From the NCBI GenBank assembly GCA_038882975.1, contig JAVZNE010000006.1, forward strand, positions 1 through 64,000: 64,000 nt of DNA. The letters run 5' to 3'. Shown here piece after piece: positions 8,890-18,744 of the stretch. Position numbers and translations under genes: made by a program. The notes under the pieces were generated by a model. It saw only the letters and a list, made by a program, of their open reading frames with translations. It had not been told where the DNA came from and searched no databases. The stretch comes from Candidatus Bathyarchaeia archaeon. GTDB taxonomy: Archaea > Thermoproteota > Bathyarchaeia > Bathyarchaeales > Bathycorpusculaceae. Each line of letters starts with the position of its first letter. Positions within the stretch are counted from its first letter, which is position 1.

Positions 8890-10494
8890 ATGGGCGGCGA
8901 AATCATTGGGCGAGGGACATGGTATGACAAAATGGCTCTAAAAATAATTGAGAGAGAGCGAAAGCTGGGCAGAAGCCTAGACATGATAAGAACTGAAATG
9001 GGAATAGCTGCCTCAGGCTTCCCTCACATAGGAAATTTAAGCGACGCCGCAAGGTCCTTCGCCGTAACCTTAGCCCTTAGGGAACAAGGTTACAACTCTG
9101 AACTCATAGCTTTCGCAGACGACAAAGATGGGCTCCGAAAGGTTCCTGCCGGCATGCCAAAAACCCTAGAAGAACATTTGGGACGCCCAGTCACAGACAT
9201 CCCAGACATTTATGGATGCCACAAAAGCTATGGCGAACACATGACTTTACTACTTCTTGATGCTTTGGACAAGTGCGGGATAGAATACCGATTCTTTTCT
9301 GGGACAGAAGTTTATAGAAGAGGTTTGTTTAATAAGGAAATTGAGGCCGTACTTTTAAGTGCTAAGAAAGTTGGCGAAATTGTCAAGGAAGAGGTTGGGC
9401 AAGAGAAATTTTTAGAAGCGCTACCATACTTCGCTGTGTGCGAAAATTGCGGGCGCATATACACAACAAAAGCCTACGACTTTCTCCCTAAAGAAGGAAA
9501 AATCCTCTACGTGTGCGAAGGAATGGAAGTGAAAGGGCGCTGGCTCAAGGGATGCGGACACAAAGGTGAAACGGATTACAGAAAAGGCGAAGGTAAGCTA
9601 AGCTGGAAAGGCGAATTTGCAGTTAGATGGAAAGCATTAGACATCAGATTCGAAGCCTTCGGCAAGGAGATTGCAGATTCTGTTCGCGTAAACGACCGCA
9701 TATGCCGTGAAATATTCAACTGGGAGCCGCCGGCCCATGCGAAATACGAGCTTTTCTTAGACAAAAGTGGGAAAAGACTTTCAAAATCCGCAGGGGTTGT
9801 TTTCACCCCACAAACATGGTTCAAATACGGTTCGCCCCAATCGCTTATGCTGCTTATGCTGAAAAGATTTGTTGGAACCCGCACATTAGATGTGACGGAC
9901 ATACCATTATACATAAACGAACTGGACTACTTAGAAGACATATACTTTGGAAGGAAAACAATTCCAGACAAAAAGGAGTTAGCAAAGCTCAAAGGCTTAT
10001 ACGAATACTGCTGGGTCTTAAAACCGCCAAAACAACCAAGCGTGCATGTGCCATACAACATGCTAACTTTTCTGGCTAAAATTGCACCGAAAGGCAAAGA
10101 AATAGAGTTTATAACAGAAAAACTCCAAAGCTATGGCTACCTACAAAAAGGACAACAGCCAGACCAAAACCTAAAAAGGCGAATAGAATATGCCCTCAAC
10201 TGGGTTAAAGACTTCGAAGAAATCCGGGAAACGCCCATAACCCTAAAACCAGAAGAGAAAAACGCCATAAAAGAACTAATCGAAACCCTAAAAACAGAAG
10301 AAGAAGCAGAAAAAATACAAAACGCCATATTCAACACCGCCAAAAAACACGACATACCACCACCAGAATTCTTCAAAACCCTATACACCATACTAATAGG
10401 CACACCACAAGGACCTAGGCTAGGACCATACATAACCGCCATGGGCAAACAAAACGTAATAAACGCCCTACAACGCATTTTAAACCAAACCTAA
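8890..10494 (+). CDS. lysS: Lysyl-tRNA synthetase, class I
   Basis: SGFPHIGN, DDKDGLRKVP, GKLSWK, LSKSAG, GPRLG. Confidence 0.95.
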   Translation: MGGEIIGRGTWYDKMALKIIERERKLGRSLDMIRTEMGIAASGFPHIGNLSDAARSFAVTLALREQGYNSELIAFADDKDGLRKVPAGMPKTLEEHLGRPVTDIPDIYGCHKSYGEHMTLLLLDALDKCGIEYRFFSGTEVYRRGLFNKEIEAVLLSAKKVGEIVKEEVGQEKFLEALPYFAVCENCGRIYTTKAYDFLPKEGKILYVCEGMEVKGRWLKGCGHKGETDYRKGEGKLSWKGEFAVRWKALDIRFEAFGKEIADSVRVNDRICREIFNWEPPAHAKYELFLDKSGKRLSKSAGVVFTPQTWFKYGSPQSLMLLMLKRFVGTRTLDVTDIPLYINELDYLEDIYFGRKTIPDKKELAKLKGLYEYCWVLKPPKQPSVHVPYNMLTFLAKIAPKGKEIEFITEKLQSYGYLQKGQQPDQNLKRRIEYALNWVKDFEEIRETPITLKPEEKNAIKELIETLKTEEEAEKIQNAIFNTAKKHDIPPPEFFKTLYTILIGTPQGPRLGPYITAMGKQNVINALQRILNQT

Positions 10495-10528
10495 AAACCC
10501 TTTTATTATCATTCTCTCATATTAAATT

Positions 10529-10604
10529 GGGCCCGTAGTCTAGAATGGATTAGGACGCTGGCCTGCGGAGCCGGAGATCCTGGGTTCAAATCCCAGCGGG
10601 CCCG
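10529..10604 (+). tRNA. tRNA-Arg (GCG)
   Basis: GGGCCCG...CGGGCCC-G; anticodon arm CTGGC-CTGCGGA-GCCGG; T loop GGTTCAAATCC. Confidence 0.95.
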
Positions 10605-10715
10605 CTAAAATTATTTTTTGTAATAGTTTCCTTGTTAGTTTGCGCATATGAGGTTTTTTCAAAAACGTTTTATTTCCGGGGTGGTATTACTAAAACATCC
10701 ACTTTTCATAACTCG

Positions 10716-11879
10716 TTAGAAAATTTTCCTCAACCTTTCGCAAGCCTCCCTTATTCTTTCTTCTGAGCATGTTGCTGAAAATCGAATGTATCTCTCGCCT
10801 TGACTGCCGAACCCTATGCCCGGTGTGGCGACGACGTTAACCTCTAACATTTTCTTGACAAAGTCTACAGAGTTTATGCTGCACTTAGCCCAAACGTAGA
10901 ATGTGGCTTTTGGCATTTGGCAACTTAATCCAATAGAGTTCAATTCTTTCACAAGAATTTTCAGCCGTCTGTAATATGTTTGGCGAGCTTCCCTTACAAA
11001 CTTTGGGGGATCTTCCTTTGCATATATTTTTAAGGCTTTTGCAGCTGCCAACTGTATGTATTTTGGCGATCCGGAATCCACCTGCGCCTTGATTTTCTTT
11101 AATCCGGCGATTAATTTTTCATTTCCAACGGCAAAGCCTATTCTGCTTCCCGCCATGCTAAACGTTTTTGAACATGAATGGAATTCAACCGCGACCTTTC
11201 GTGCCTCATCTATTTGTAAAATGCTTGGAGCCCGGTAATTGCCAAAAGTTATTTCCGAGTAAGCGTTGTCATAACATAAGATTATTTTGTTTTTGACGGC
11301 GAAATCCACAAGCTCTCTAAGCTCTTTAATGGATATCACGGCGCCCGTAGGGTTATTGGGATAGTTAACAAACATCATTTTAACACCGTCAACTTTCACG
11401 CCTTCAAAACATGGAAGGAAACCGTTATTCTCATGTAAAGGAAAGTAGACTGGCACGCCGCCATTCAAAATGGTGCATCCGTTAGCATATACGGGGTAAG
11501 CCGGGTCTGGCAGCAATACGCGATCGCCCTCGTTGAGGAAAGCCCTTGCAATATTGCACAAGCCTTCTTTCGACCCAATTAAGGCGACAACCTCTCGATC
11601 AGGATCTAAGTCTACATTAAACCTTCTTTTGTACCAATCAGAGACAGCCAATCGGAACTCATATTCTCCTTCGCTGGATGAATAGCCATGATTTTCAGGT
11701 TTGGCCACCTCCTCTTTTAAGGCGTTTACCACAACCTTTGGTGGTGGAAGATCCGGGTCCCCTATGCTTAGGGAGATTAAATCCACTCTTTCCCGCTTTT
11801 TTTGTTTTACTGTTTTCTCCAGTTCAGCAAACAGGTAGGGTGGGATAGCCTTAACCTTTCTGGATAGCTCAAAATCCAA
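10716..11879 (-). CDS. dapL: LL-diaminopimelate aminotransferase (PLP class I/II)
   Basis: IPPYLFAE, LSIGDPD, NYPNNPTG, DNAYSEI, SCSKTFSMAGSRIG, QVDSG; last gene of the dap operon. Confidence 0.85.
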   Translation of the reverse strand: MDFELSRKVKAIPPYLFAELEKTVKQKKRERVDLISLSIGDPDLPPPKVVVNALKEEVAKPENHGYSSSEGEYEFRLAVSDWYKRRFNVDLDPDREVVALIGSKEGLCNIARAFLNEGDRVLLPDPAYPVYANGCTILNGGVPVYFPLHENNGFLPCFEGVKVDGVKMMFVNYPNNPTGAVISIKELRELVDFAVKNKIILCYDNAYSEITFGNYRAPSILQIDEARKVAVEFHSCSKTFSMAGSRIGFAVGNEKLIAGLKKIKAQVDSGSPKYIQLAAAKALKIYAKEDPPKFVREARQTYYRRLKILVKELNSIGLSCQMPKATFYVWAKCSINSVDFVKKMLEVNVVATPGIGFGSQGERYIRFSATCSEERIREACERLRKIF

Positions 11880-11893
11880 TATGTTTACTCTCC

Positions 11894-12736
11894 TTAGAGG
11901 TTTATAACACCTTCAAAAACTTTTTCGGCAGGGCCCTCCATGAAAATCACACCATAGCGGTATTCCGCTGTTAACTCTCCTCCCGGTAGCTTAACTGTGA
12001 CAATTTTATCCACTTTTCCAAGAACTTTTGCAGCAACGACACTTGCACATGCGCCAGTTCCACATGCCATGGTTTCGCCCGCGCCTCTTTCCCAAACTCT
12101 GACTTTTAACTTGTCCCTTGAAATCACCTGAACGAATTCGACATTAGTTCTCTTCGGAAAAAGCTCATAGTTTTCCAGTAGTGGTCCAACAGCTTTCACG
12201 GGATATTTTTCCACATCTTCAACAAAGATTACACAATGAGGGTTTCCCATGGAGAGGGCTGTGGCTTTCACGGTTGTTTCTCCGGCGTGAATGGGCTTGT
12301 CTATGAAAGCGCCGTTCCATTTTATTGGGATTTCCTCAGCCTCAAAGCTTGGTGAACCCATGTTAACTCTCACGGACTTTACAACATCGTTTTCTACTTT
12401 GAGGTCTAATGTTTTGACACCAGCCAATGTTTCCACCAGAAGGGAGGTTTTTCGCGTTAAACCAGTTTCAAAGCAGTATTTGGCAAGGCATCGGATGCCG
12501 TTTCCACACATCTCGGCTTCTGAACCATCTGGGTTGAAGATTCTCATTTTCACGTCAGCTTTTTGAGAGGGGTAAACAAGCATTAAGCCATCTGCACCTA
12601 TCCCAAACCTTCTTTCACACAATTTTACGGCAAGGTTGGGCAACTCTTCTTCGTTTAGCTCTTTACCCCTGTTGTCTATAACTATGTAATCGTTTCCAAG
12701 CCCATGCATTTTCCAAAAACTTATCCTTCTAGCCAT
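11894..12736 (-). CDS. dapF: Diaminopimelate epimerase
   Basis: KMHGLGNDY, GIGADG, EMCGNGIRC, GNPH, ERGAGETMACGTG. Confidence 0.97.
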   Translation of the reverse strand: MARRISFWKMHGLGNDYIVIDNRGKELNEEELPNLAVKLCERRFGIGADGLMLVYPSQKADVKMRIFNPDGSEAEMCGNGIRCLAKYCFETGLTRKTSLLVETLAGVKTLDLKVENDVVKSVRVNMGSPSFEAEEIPIKWNGAFIDKPIHAGETTVKATALSMGNPHCVIFVEDVEKYPVKAVGPLLENYELFPKRTNVEFVQVISRDKLKVRVWERGAGETMACGTGACASVVAAKVLGKVDKIVTVKLPGGELTAEYRYGVIFMEGPAEKVFEGVINL

Positions 12737-14010
12737 CCCGCAACCCTCTGCTTTCCAGCCAAATCTTCAAAAGTTTCAGCTTCCCGTATCAAGGCGCGTT
12801 TGCCACTTTTAACAAGCACTTCGGCAGGCCTAGGCCTAGAATTATATTGCGAACTCATGGAAAAACCGTATGCGCCCACGTTTAAAACCGCAAGTAAGTC
12901 GCCTTCACATATTTTGGGTAACAAGCGGTCTTTCGCGAGAACGTCGCCTGATTCGCATATCGGGCCGACCACGTTGTAAACTTCTGCTGGCTGTTCATCT
13001 AGCTTATTTGCAACAAGGATGTGATGATATGCTCCGTACATGGTGGGTCTGACAAGGGTGTTGAAGCCTGCATCTACTCCAACAAACTTTTTGTTGGAAA
13101 CATGTTTTACTGTGTTAACCCTTGTTAGGAGGATACCAGCCTCGGCGACGATGAATCTTCCAGGCTCAATCCAAAGCTCAGGTCGTCCTAATGCATACTT
13201 GTTCAGCTTACTTCTAAACATTGCAACCAATTTTTTGGAAAAGGTGTCTAGGTCAAGTTCTTTGTCCTCTGGTTTATAGGGAACTCCCATTCCTCCTCCG
13301 AAGTCGATGAAATCGAAGTTTATTCCAAGTTTGGTGCTGATTTTCCAAGCAATTTCGAGGAGATGTTCTCCGGATTTAATATACGGAGCAACATCCATGA
13401 TTCCTGAGCCTATGTGCATGTGAACGCCAAACCTTTTCACGCCAGCCTTTTTTGCAGTCTCATAGGCTTTAAGGGCAGAATCTTCGTCCATCCCAAACTT
13501 TGCATATTTGCTGGCAGTAACAACATATTCGTGGTGTCCAGCGCCGTATTCTGGGTTAATTCTAAAAGACAAAGTTTCCGGAACGCCTAGTCGGAGGAGC
13601 CTATTAAGTTGGGGTAAGGAGTCAAGGTTAACCATAACCCCTTTGTTTAAAATATATTCCAGTTCTTCGTCCCCAATGTTTACCCCGGTGTACAGGATCT
13701 CGTTGGGGCTAAAGCCGGCTGTTAGGGCCAAGTAGACTTCGCCTGCGCTTACGGTGTCAACGTATGCTCCTTCGCTATGGAGGATTTTTAACACTGAAAT
13801 GTTAGTGTTAGCCTTTGCAGAGTAAAGGATTTTGAACTTGCCATACCTTTTCGAAAATGCTTCGCGCAACTTTCTGTAGTTTTCTCTTATCTTGCTCTCG
13901 CTAATCACATAAAGGGGTGTCCCGAAAGTTTCGGCCAGCTCGATAGCTGAAACATTGTCTATGTAAAGTTCGCCTCCAACATTTTCCAACGGACTTTTCA
14001 AAACCTCCAT
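12721..14010 (-). CDS. lysA: Diaminopimelate decarboxylase
   Basis: YSAKAN, HMHIGS, DFGGG, EPGRFIV, GPICESGD, GAYG...SQYNSRPRPAEV. Confidence 0.97.
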   Translation of the reverse strand: MEVLKSPLENVGGELYIDNVSAIELAETFGTPLYVISESKIRENYRKLREAFSKRYGKFKILYSAKANTNISVLKILHSEGAYVDTVSAGEVYLALTAGFSPNEILYTGVNIGDEELEYILNKGVMVNLDSLPQLNRLLRLGVPETLSFRINPEYGAGHHEYVVTASKYAKFGMDEDSALKAYETAKKAGVKRFGVHMHIGSGIMDVAPYIKSGEHLLEIAWKISTKLGINFDFIDFGGGMGVPYKPEDKELDLDTFSKKLVAMFRSKLNKYALGRPELWIEPGRFIVAEAGILLTRVNTVKHVSNKKFVGVDAGFNTLVRPTMYGAYHHILVANKLDEQPAEVYNVVGPICESGDVLAKDRLLPKICEGDLLAVLNVGAYGFSMSSQYNSRPRPAEVLVKSGKRALIREAETFEDLAGKQRVAGWLEG

Positions 14011-14020
14011 TGTAAACCTC

Positions 14021-15196
14021 CTACTTTTTGAGGGCTTTGATGGCTTCCAACGCCTTTTCCAAATCTTTTTCTTCTAGAAAAATGGCGATTGTGGCTTTGC
14101 TTGAAGAAATCTCCACGATGTTTATTCCTTTTTCGGCGAGGACACCGGATATTTTGGCAACCCATCCCGGGGACTCGATGAATTCTGGGCTTAAGACCTC
14201 TATGGCACCAATTTTTTCTTTTAGGCTTATTCCTTTAAAATCGCTTTTTTTGCACAGCTGCGAAAGCAAGGCTTTCTTATCCTTTATTTCCGCAAAAACT
14301 GTTACGGAGTTTCTGCCGGTGCTCAAGCCAGCAATTTTCTTGTTAGCAAAAGCGGTCATTGCTTTTACAAGATTTGCAGCATTAAGTTCCCCAACAAGGG
14401 TTACAGCGCATAGGTCGCCATATTTCCTGACCTCAAAGGGGTTAGAGAAGGCGCCTATAATCTCAGTTCCACCGTAGGAAAGCCCGTTGTTAAAGCTGGC
14501 GACCTTCAATTTTTGATGGGGGAGTTTGTATTTGAGGGCTTTTGGGTGAACTATTTTTGCTCCACCTTGAGCTAGCGAAAACATTTCCTCGACGGTTACT
14601 TCTTTCAGGGGCTTAGCGTCGGGAACAAGTGTTGGGTCGGCGGACAAAACTCCCTCGGTGTTTTTTACTAGGATAACCTCGTCAGCGTTTAGACAGTTGC
14701 CAAGCAAGGTTGCCGTTATGTCGCTTCCACCCCTACCTAGAAGTGTTACACGTCCCTCTCTATCCTTGCCAACAAAGCCACACACAACCGGCACACAGCT
14801 GCCTAAAAGAGGCTCAATACATGTTCTAACTCTCCTTCTGGTTTCTCCAAGATCAGGTTCCGCCTCCAGAAAGTTCGAGTCAGTTACTATTGGCCAACTT
14901 GGACTTTGGGGGTCAAAGTATGTGGAGTTTAAGCCAACTGCCCTGAGGGCCGAACTGAACATTCTGGCGCTGATTCTTTCACCTATAGACACGATGTCGG
15001 CGTAATCTGCGTCGCTGATTTTCCCAATACATCGAACATGGTTGATTAAGTTGTCCGTTGTTTTCTCCATGGCAGAAACAACAACGACAACTTCTTCAAA
15101 GCATGCCGCCTTAACCATTTCAGCCGCTTGTCTAAAGGACTCTCCGGAGCGCAGTTCTGCTCCGCCAAACTTCACAACAACTCTTTTTCCAACCAA
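14021..15196 (-). CDS. lysC: Aspartate kinase with C-terminal ACT domain
   Basis: VVKFGG, VVVVSAM, LGRGGSDITA, GVLSADP, GAKIVHP. Start moved to TTG 15196 because the ORF-track start 15289 overlaps dapB. Confidence 0.92.
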   Translation of the reverse strand: MVGKRVVVKFGGAELRSGESFRQAAEMVKAACFEEVVVVVSAMEKTTDNLINHVRCIGKISDADYADIVSIGERISARMFSSALRAVGLNSTYFDPQSPSWPIVTDSNFLEAEPDLGETRRRVRTCIEPLLGSCVPVVCGFVGKDREGRVTLLGRGGSDITATLLGNCLNADEVILVKNTEGVLSADPTLVPDAKPLKEVTVEEMFSLAQGGAKIVHPKALKYKLPHQKLKVASFNNGLSYGGTEIIGAFSNPFEVRKYGDLCAVTLVGELNAANLVKAMTAFANKKIAGLSTGRNSVTVFAEIKDKKALLSQLCKKSDFKGISLKEKIGAIEVLSPEFIESPGWVAKISGVLAEKGINIVEISSSKATIAIFLEEKDLEKALEAIKALKK

Positions 15197-15219
15197 GGAT
15201 GCTTCAACTCCAGCTTGAA

Positions 15220-16020
15220 TTAAGTGTTTAAACCGTCTAACACATCTTCCATCGAGTATACCCCTGGCTGCTCTTGCCTCATTATCCATTTCACAGCATG
15301 AAGCGCGCCCAAGGCAAATGCGTTTCTTGAAAAAGCAGTGTGGCTTATAGAAATCATGTCGTGAGGTCCAGCAATTATTACCTCATGGATTCCCGGTATT
15401 CCTCCAGCCCTCACTGATAAAACCTCAAGTTCGTCACGTGTCCGCAGGGATATTTTTTCTCTTCCATGCACCATTTTGCTGTAACCTCTAGCAGCAGAAA
15501 CAATTTTAGCTATGGACAAAGCTGTACCGCTTGGCGTATCCTTTTTCTTGGAGTGGTGGGCTTCCACAATGCTGATTTCATATTCGTTTGGCAGATGAGC
15601 CAGCTGACGAAGCATTTTAAACATAAAGTTCACACCCAGAGAAAAGTTGGAGGCGAAAACAGCCGGAACCCTTGAAGAAACAAGCATCTTAAGCCTATTC
15701 AGCTGTTCTTCAGTGAAACCCGTTGTACCCATGACTATCCTTTTACCCATGTTTGCGGCTTCTGGGATGTTGACAAGCTCAGCCTCTGGCGTTGTGAAAC
15801 TCAAGTAAACATCAGCCCTTTCCAATGCTTCCCTAATTCTTGAAGGTCCATAAAGTGGCACATTTAAATCACATATTTTCAAATCTCGTAACGTCTTACC
15901 GAGTCCAAGGTTGTTTGGAGAGGCTATAGCTCCGACAATTTCAAAATTTCTGTTTACAGCTTCTGAAATAACTGCCCGTCCCATTTTCCCAGTGGCGCCG
16001 GCCACGCAAACTTTAATCAT
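15220..16020 (-). CDS. dapB: 4-hydroxy-tetrahydrodipicolinate reductase
   Basis: GATGKMG, GTTG, SNFSLGVN, EAHHSKKKDTPSGTA, FALGA. Confidence 0.97.
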   Translation of the reverse strand: MIKVCVAGATGKMGRAVISEAVNRNFEIVGAIASPNNLGLGKTLRDLKICDLNVPLYGPSRIREALERADVYLSFTTPEAELVNIPEAANMGKRIVMGTTGFTEEQLNRLKMLVSSRVPAVFASNFSLGVNFMFKMLRQLAHLPNEYEISIVEAHHSKKKDTPSGTALSIAKIVSAARGYSKMVHGREKISLRTRDELEVLSVRAGGIPGIHEVIIAGPHDMISISHTAFSRNAFALGALHAVKWIMRQEQPGVYSMEDVLDGLNT

Positions 16021-17101
16021 AGGTTAACCCTTTCCAGTACTTTTCGTTATAGAGCCTTCTAGACAGGTCAACGTCAAAGAAACTTTCAATTGGGGCCAAG
16101 ATTTCGGGGCTTTTTTCGTAAACCTCTCTTACCGCCTTTAAAACCACATTCAAACCTTTTCGCGTCATCTTTCCAAGAGGCGGCCTCAAGGGACCCGCAG
16201 GCATCCCCAGAACGCTCATTAAGGTTTTGCACGGCAGCGGATTTCTCGCCCTGACAACGACATCGCCAAAGGCTGTTTCCTCAACTGTTTTCACAGTCAC
16301 TATCTGGAATAGAGGATTCAATCTCTGGCAGACTTCCGCGGCTTCATCTGCCCTTTTCTCCAGCAACAGTTTTGTCATCCTTTGGACTGCTGCTGGAGCT
16401 ATGTTCGAGACGACGGAGATCACGCCGGAAGCCCTGATCGCGTTTTCTGCCATCATTTTAAAGGTTTTGTCATCGTCGCCCGATAATATGTCAAAGTTTT
16501 CTCCGCACAATTTTCTTGTAAGCTTTATGTTCTCAAAATCTCCGGTAGCCTCTTTTACAGCCCTAACATTTGGATGTTCGCTGTGAAGAATAGCAAGATC
16601 ATGCGGTAACAGCTGCGTCCCGGTTCTTCCGGGAATAACGTATGGGATTATTTGGGCATCCGTGAAACGTTCAGCCACTGGGACGATGTATTCGCGTCTA
16701 ATTTCAAGGGAGCTTGGACCGTTGTAGTATGGGTCTACGAGCAGGAAGGCTCTTACGCCGATATCATAGGCTTTTTCAGTATTCTCCAACGTTTTGCGAG
16801 TACAGTTGCACCCAGTTCCAGCTATCGTCAACAGTTTGCCGGAACTAAATTCATAAGCATTCTTAATCACGAGTATTTGCTCCTTCAGGTCTAGTGTTGG
16901 ACTTTCACCAGTTGTTCCAACAACGAGAATGCCGCTAACCCCTTGGGATGCCTGAAACTCTACCAAGCTTTGGAGACCTTCAACATCCACTTGCCCATTC
17001 TTAAGCATGGGGGTTACCAACGCTGTATAACAGCCCTTAAACATGCTTCCCATGTTGATCCTACCCGAGTATGAGACTTTTCTGGTATAAAATTTTGTCA
17101 A
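16013..17101 (-). CDS. dapA: 4-hydroxy-tetrahydrodipicolinate synthase
   Basis: TALVTP, GTTGESPTL, PYYN, YVIPGRTG, VKEATG, LSGDD. True start probably 17053 or 17044. Confidence 0.95.
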   Translation of the reverse strand: MTKFYTRKVSYSGRINMGSMFKGCYTALVTPMLKNGQVDVEGLQSLVEFQASQGVSGILVVGTTGESPTLDLKEQILVIKNAYEFSSGKLLTIAGTGCNCTRKTLENTEKAYDIGVRAFLLVDPYYNGPSSLEIRREYIVPVAERFTDAQIIPYVIPGRTGTQLLPHDLAILHSEHPNVRAVKEATGDFENIKLTRKLCGENFDILSGDDDKTFKMMAENAIRASGVISVVSNIAPAAVQRMTKLLLEKRADEAAEVCQRLNPLFQIVTVKTVEETAFGDVVVRARNPLPCKTLMSVLGMPAGPLRPPLGKMTRKGLNVVLKAVREVYEKSPEILAPIESFFDVDLSRRLYNEKYWKGLTYD

Positions 17102-17157
17102 GTTAATAAGAATTTCGGAAAAAGTTTTAAATATTTAGTAACATTTATTTAGTATTA

Positions 17158-17172
17158 ATACGAAAATCGTAC
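17158..17172. promoter_or_regulatory. Putative LysM/Lrp operator (ATACGAAAATCGTAC)
   Basis: Palindrome TACGA-AAA-TCGTA in the divergent dapA/lrp spacer; resembles the Sulfolobus LysM site as I recall it (GGTTCTAAAATCGTACC). Confidence 0.6.
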
Positions 17173-17184
17173 AAAGGAATAAAA

Positions 17185-17595
17185 ATGGACGAAATTGATA
17201 GGAAAATCATTCAAATCCTCAAACAGAACGGGCGAGCCACTTACGGTGAAATTGGAAAAGTTGTTGGTTTATCAGAGGGCGCCGTCAGAAAAAGGATCAA
17301 GGAGCTTGTTAGTTCTGGTATAATCAAGAGGTTCACACTGAAGCTCTCACTTTCTGAAGGAGCTGAAGCCATAGCTTTGGTTTCAATAAACCCTTCAATC
17401 CCCACCTCTGAAATTTCAGCTAAATTGTTGAAGATACCTAATGTTGATACAGTATATGAGGTGACGGGAGAATACGACATCGCAACTATTATATCTGCCA
17501 TGAGCATTGCAGAAGTTAATGAATGTATCGAAAAAATCCGCAAAATAGATGGAGTGATCAAAACAAACACAATGATTATTTTGAGAAGTTGGTGA
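17185..17595 (+). CDS. lysM: Lrp/AsnC family regulator, LysM-like
   Basis: MDEIDRKII..NGRATY...LSEGAVRKRI HTH plus RAM domain YEVTGEYDI; lies inside the lysine biosynthesis cluster. Confidence 0.8.
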   Translation: MDEIDRKIIQILKQNGRATYGEIGKVVGLSEGAVRKRIKELVSSGIIKRFTLKLSLSEGAEAIALVSINPSIPTSEISAKLLKIPNVDTVYEVTGEYDIATIISAMSIAEVNECIEKIRKIDGVIKTNTMIILRSW

Positions 17596-17632
17596 ATATG
17601 GTTATGTTAAAGTCAGTAAATGGAAATAAGGA

Positions 17633-18712
17633 TTGTTGCTTCATAGAGGTGAGCCTGAAGTGAAGAGGAAAGTGGCAATTCTCGGAGCGACGGGTGTTGT
17701 AGGTCAGAGGTTTGTTCAACTACTCCATAACCATCCATGGTTTAAAATCGAAGTGTTGGCAGCGTCTGGAAAGTCGGCTGGAAAACCATATGGCAAGGCA
17801 TGCACATGGATGCTGGAGTGTGAGATGCCACCTGAAATTGCTGAAGTGGACGTGGTGAACTCTGATGTTAAGTCTGTTGAAAAAGCTGGGAACATAGACT
17901 TTGTCTTTTCAGCTCTGCCATCAGAGATCGCTGGCACAGTAGAAGAGGAGTTTGCTGCGGCATATCCTGTCTTCAGCAAGGCAAGCGCCCACAGACTTAA
18001 GGAAGACGTTCCACTCTTGATTCCGGAAGTTAATCCAGAACACTTGGAGTTGGTGAAAGTTCAGAGGGAAAAAAGAGGATGGGATGGTTTTATATCAACG
18101 GACCCAAACTGTTCAACCATACAATTAGCAATCACTTTAAAACCGCTAATACAGTTCAGCCTAAAGAAAGTCGTGGTTTCATCGATGCAAGCCCTCAGTG
18201 GAGCAGGATTCCCAGGTGTGCCTTCCCTCAGCATTATCGATAATGTTTTGCCGCACATTCCGGGTGAAGAAGAGAAAATTGAGCAGGAAACCTTAAAAAT
18301 TCTAGGCAAATTATGCAACAACAAAATTCTTCCAGCAAACATACAAGTTAGTGCAAGCTGCAACAGAGTAAACGTTAAGGACGGCCACTTAGAATGCGTC
18401 TTTGTAGAGCTTGAAAAGAAACCATCGGTGGAAGAAGTTAAGAGGGCATTTAAAACTTTTATTGGAGAACCTCAGCGGCTTAACCTACCGTCTGCTCCTC
18501 AAAACCCCATAATAGTTAAAGAAGAAGAGGATAGACCCCAACCGAGACTTGATAGAGATGAAGGAAAAGGAATGAGTGTAGTCGTCGGAAGAATTAGAGA
18601 GGACCCCGTCCTAACAATCAAATACATTTGCCTAGGTCACAACACAATAAGAGGGGCCGCTGGAGCTGGACTACTAAGCGCAGAACTAGCCGCCAAAAAA
18701 GGCTACATTTAA
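17633..18712 (+). CDS. asd: Aspartate-semialdehyde dehydrogenase (archaeal type)
   Basis: ILGATGVVGQRF, DPNCST, QALSGAG, CNRVNVKDGH, GHNTIRGAAG. Likely start GTG 17660. Confidence 0.95.
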   Translation: MLLHRGEPEVKRKVAILGATGVVGQRFVQLLHNHPWFKIEVLAASGKSAGKPYGKACTWMLECEMPPEIAEVDVVNSDVKSVEKAGNIDFVFSALPSEIAGTVEEEFAAAYPVFSKASAHRLKEDVPLLIPEVNPEHLELVKVQREKRGWDGFISTDPNCSTIQLAITLKPLIQFSLKKVVVSSMQALSGAGFPGVPSLSIIDNVLPHIPGEEEKIEQETLKILGKLCNNKILPANIQVSASCNRVNVKDGHLECVFVELEKKPSVEEVKRAFKTFIGEPQRLNLPSAPQNPIIVKEEEDRPQPRLDRDEGKGMSVVVGRIREDPVLTIKYICLGHNTIRGAAGAGLLSAELAAKKGYI

Positions 18713-18744
18713 TGGAAAGTATGGGAAGCTTTCTAAGCTGTCTA

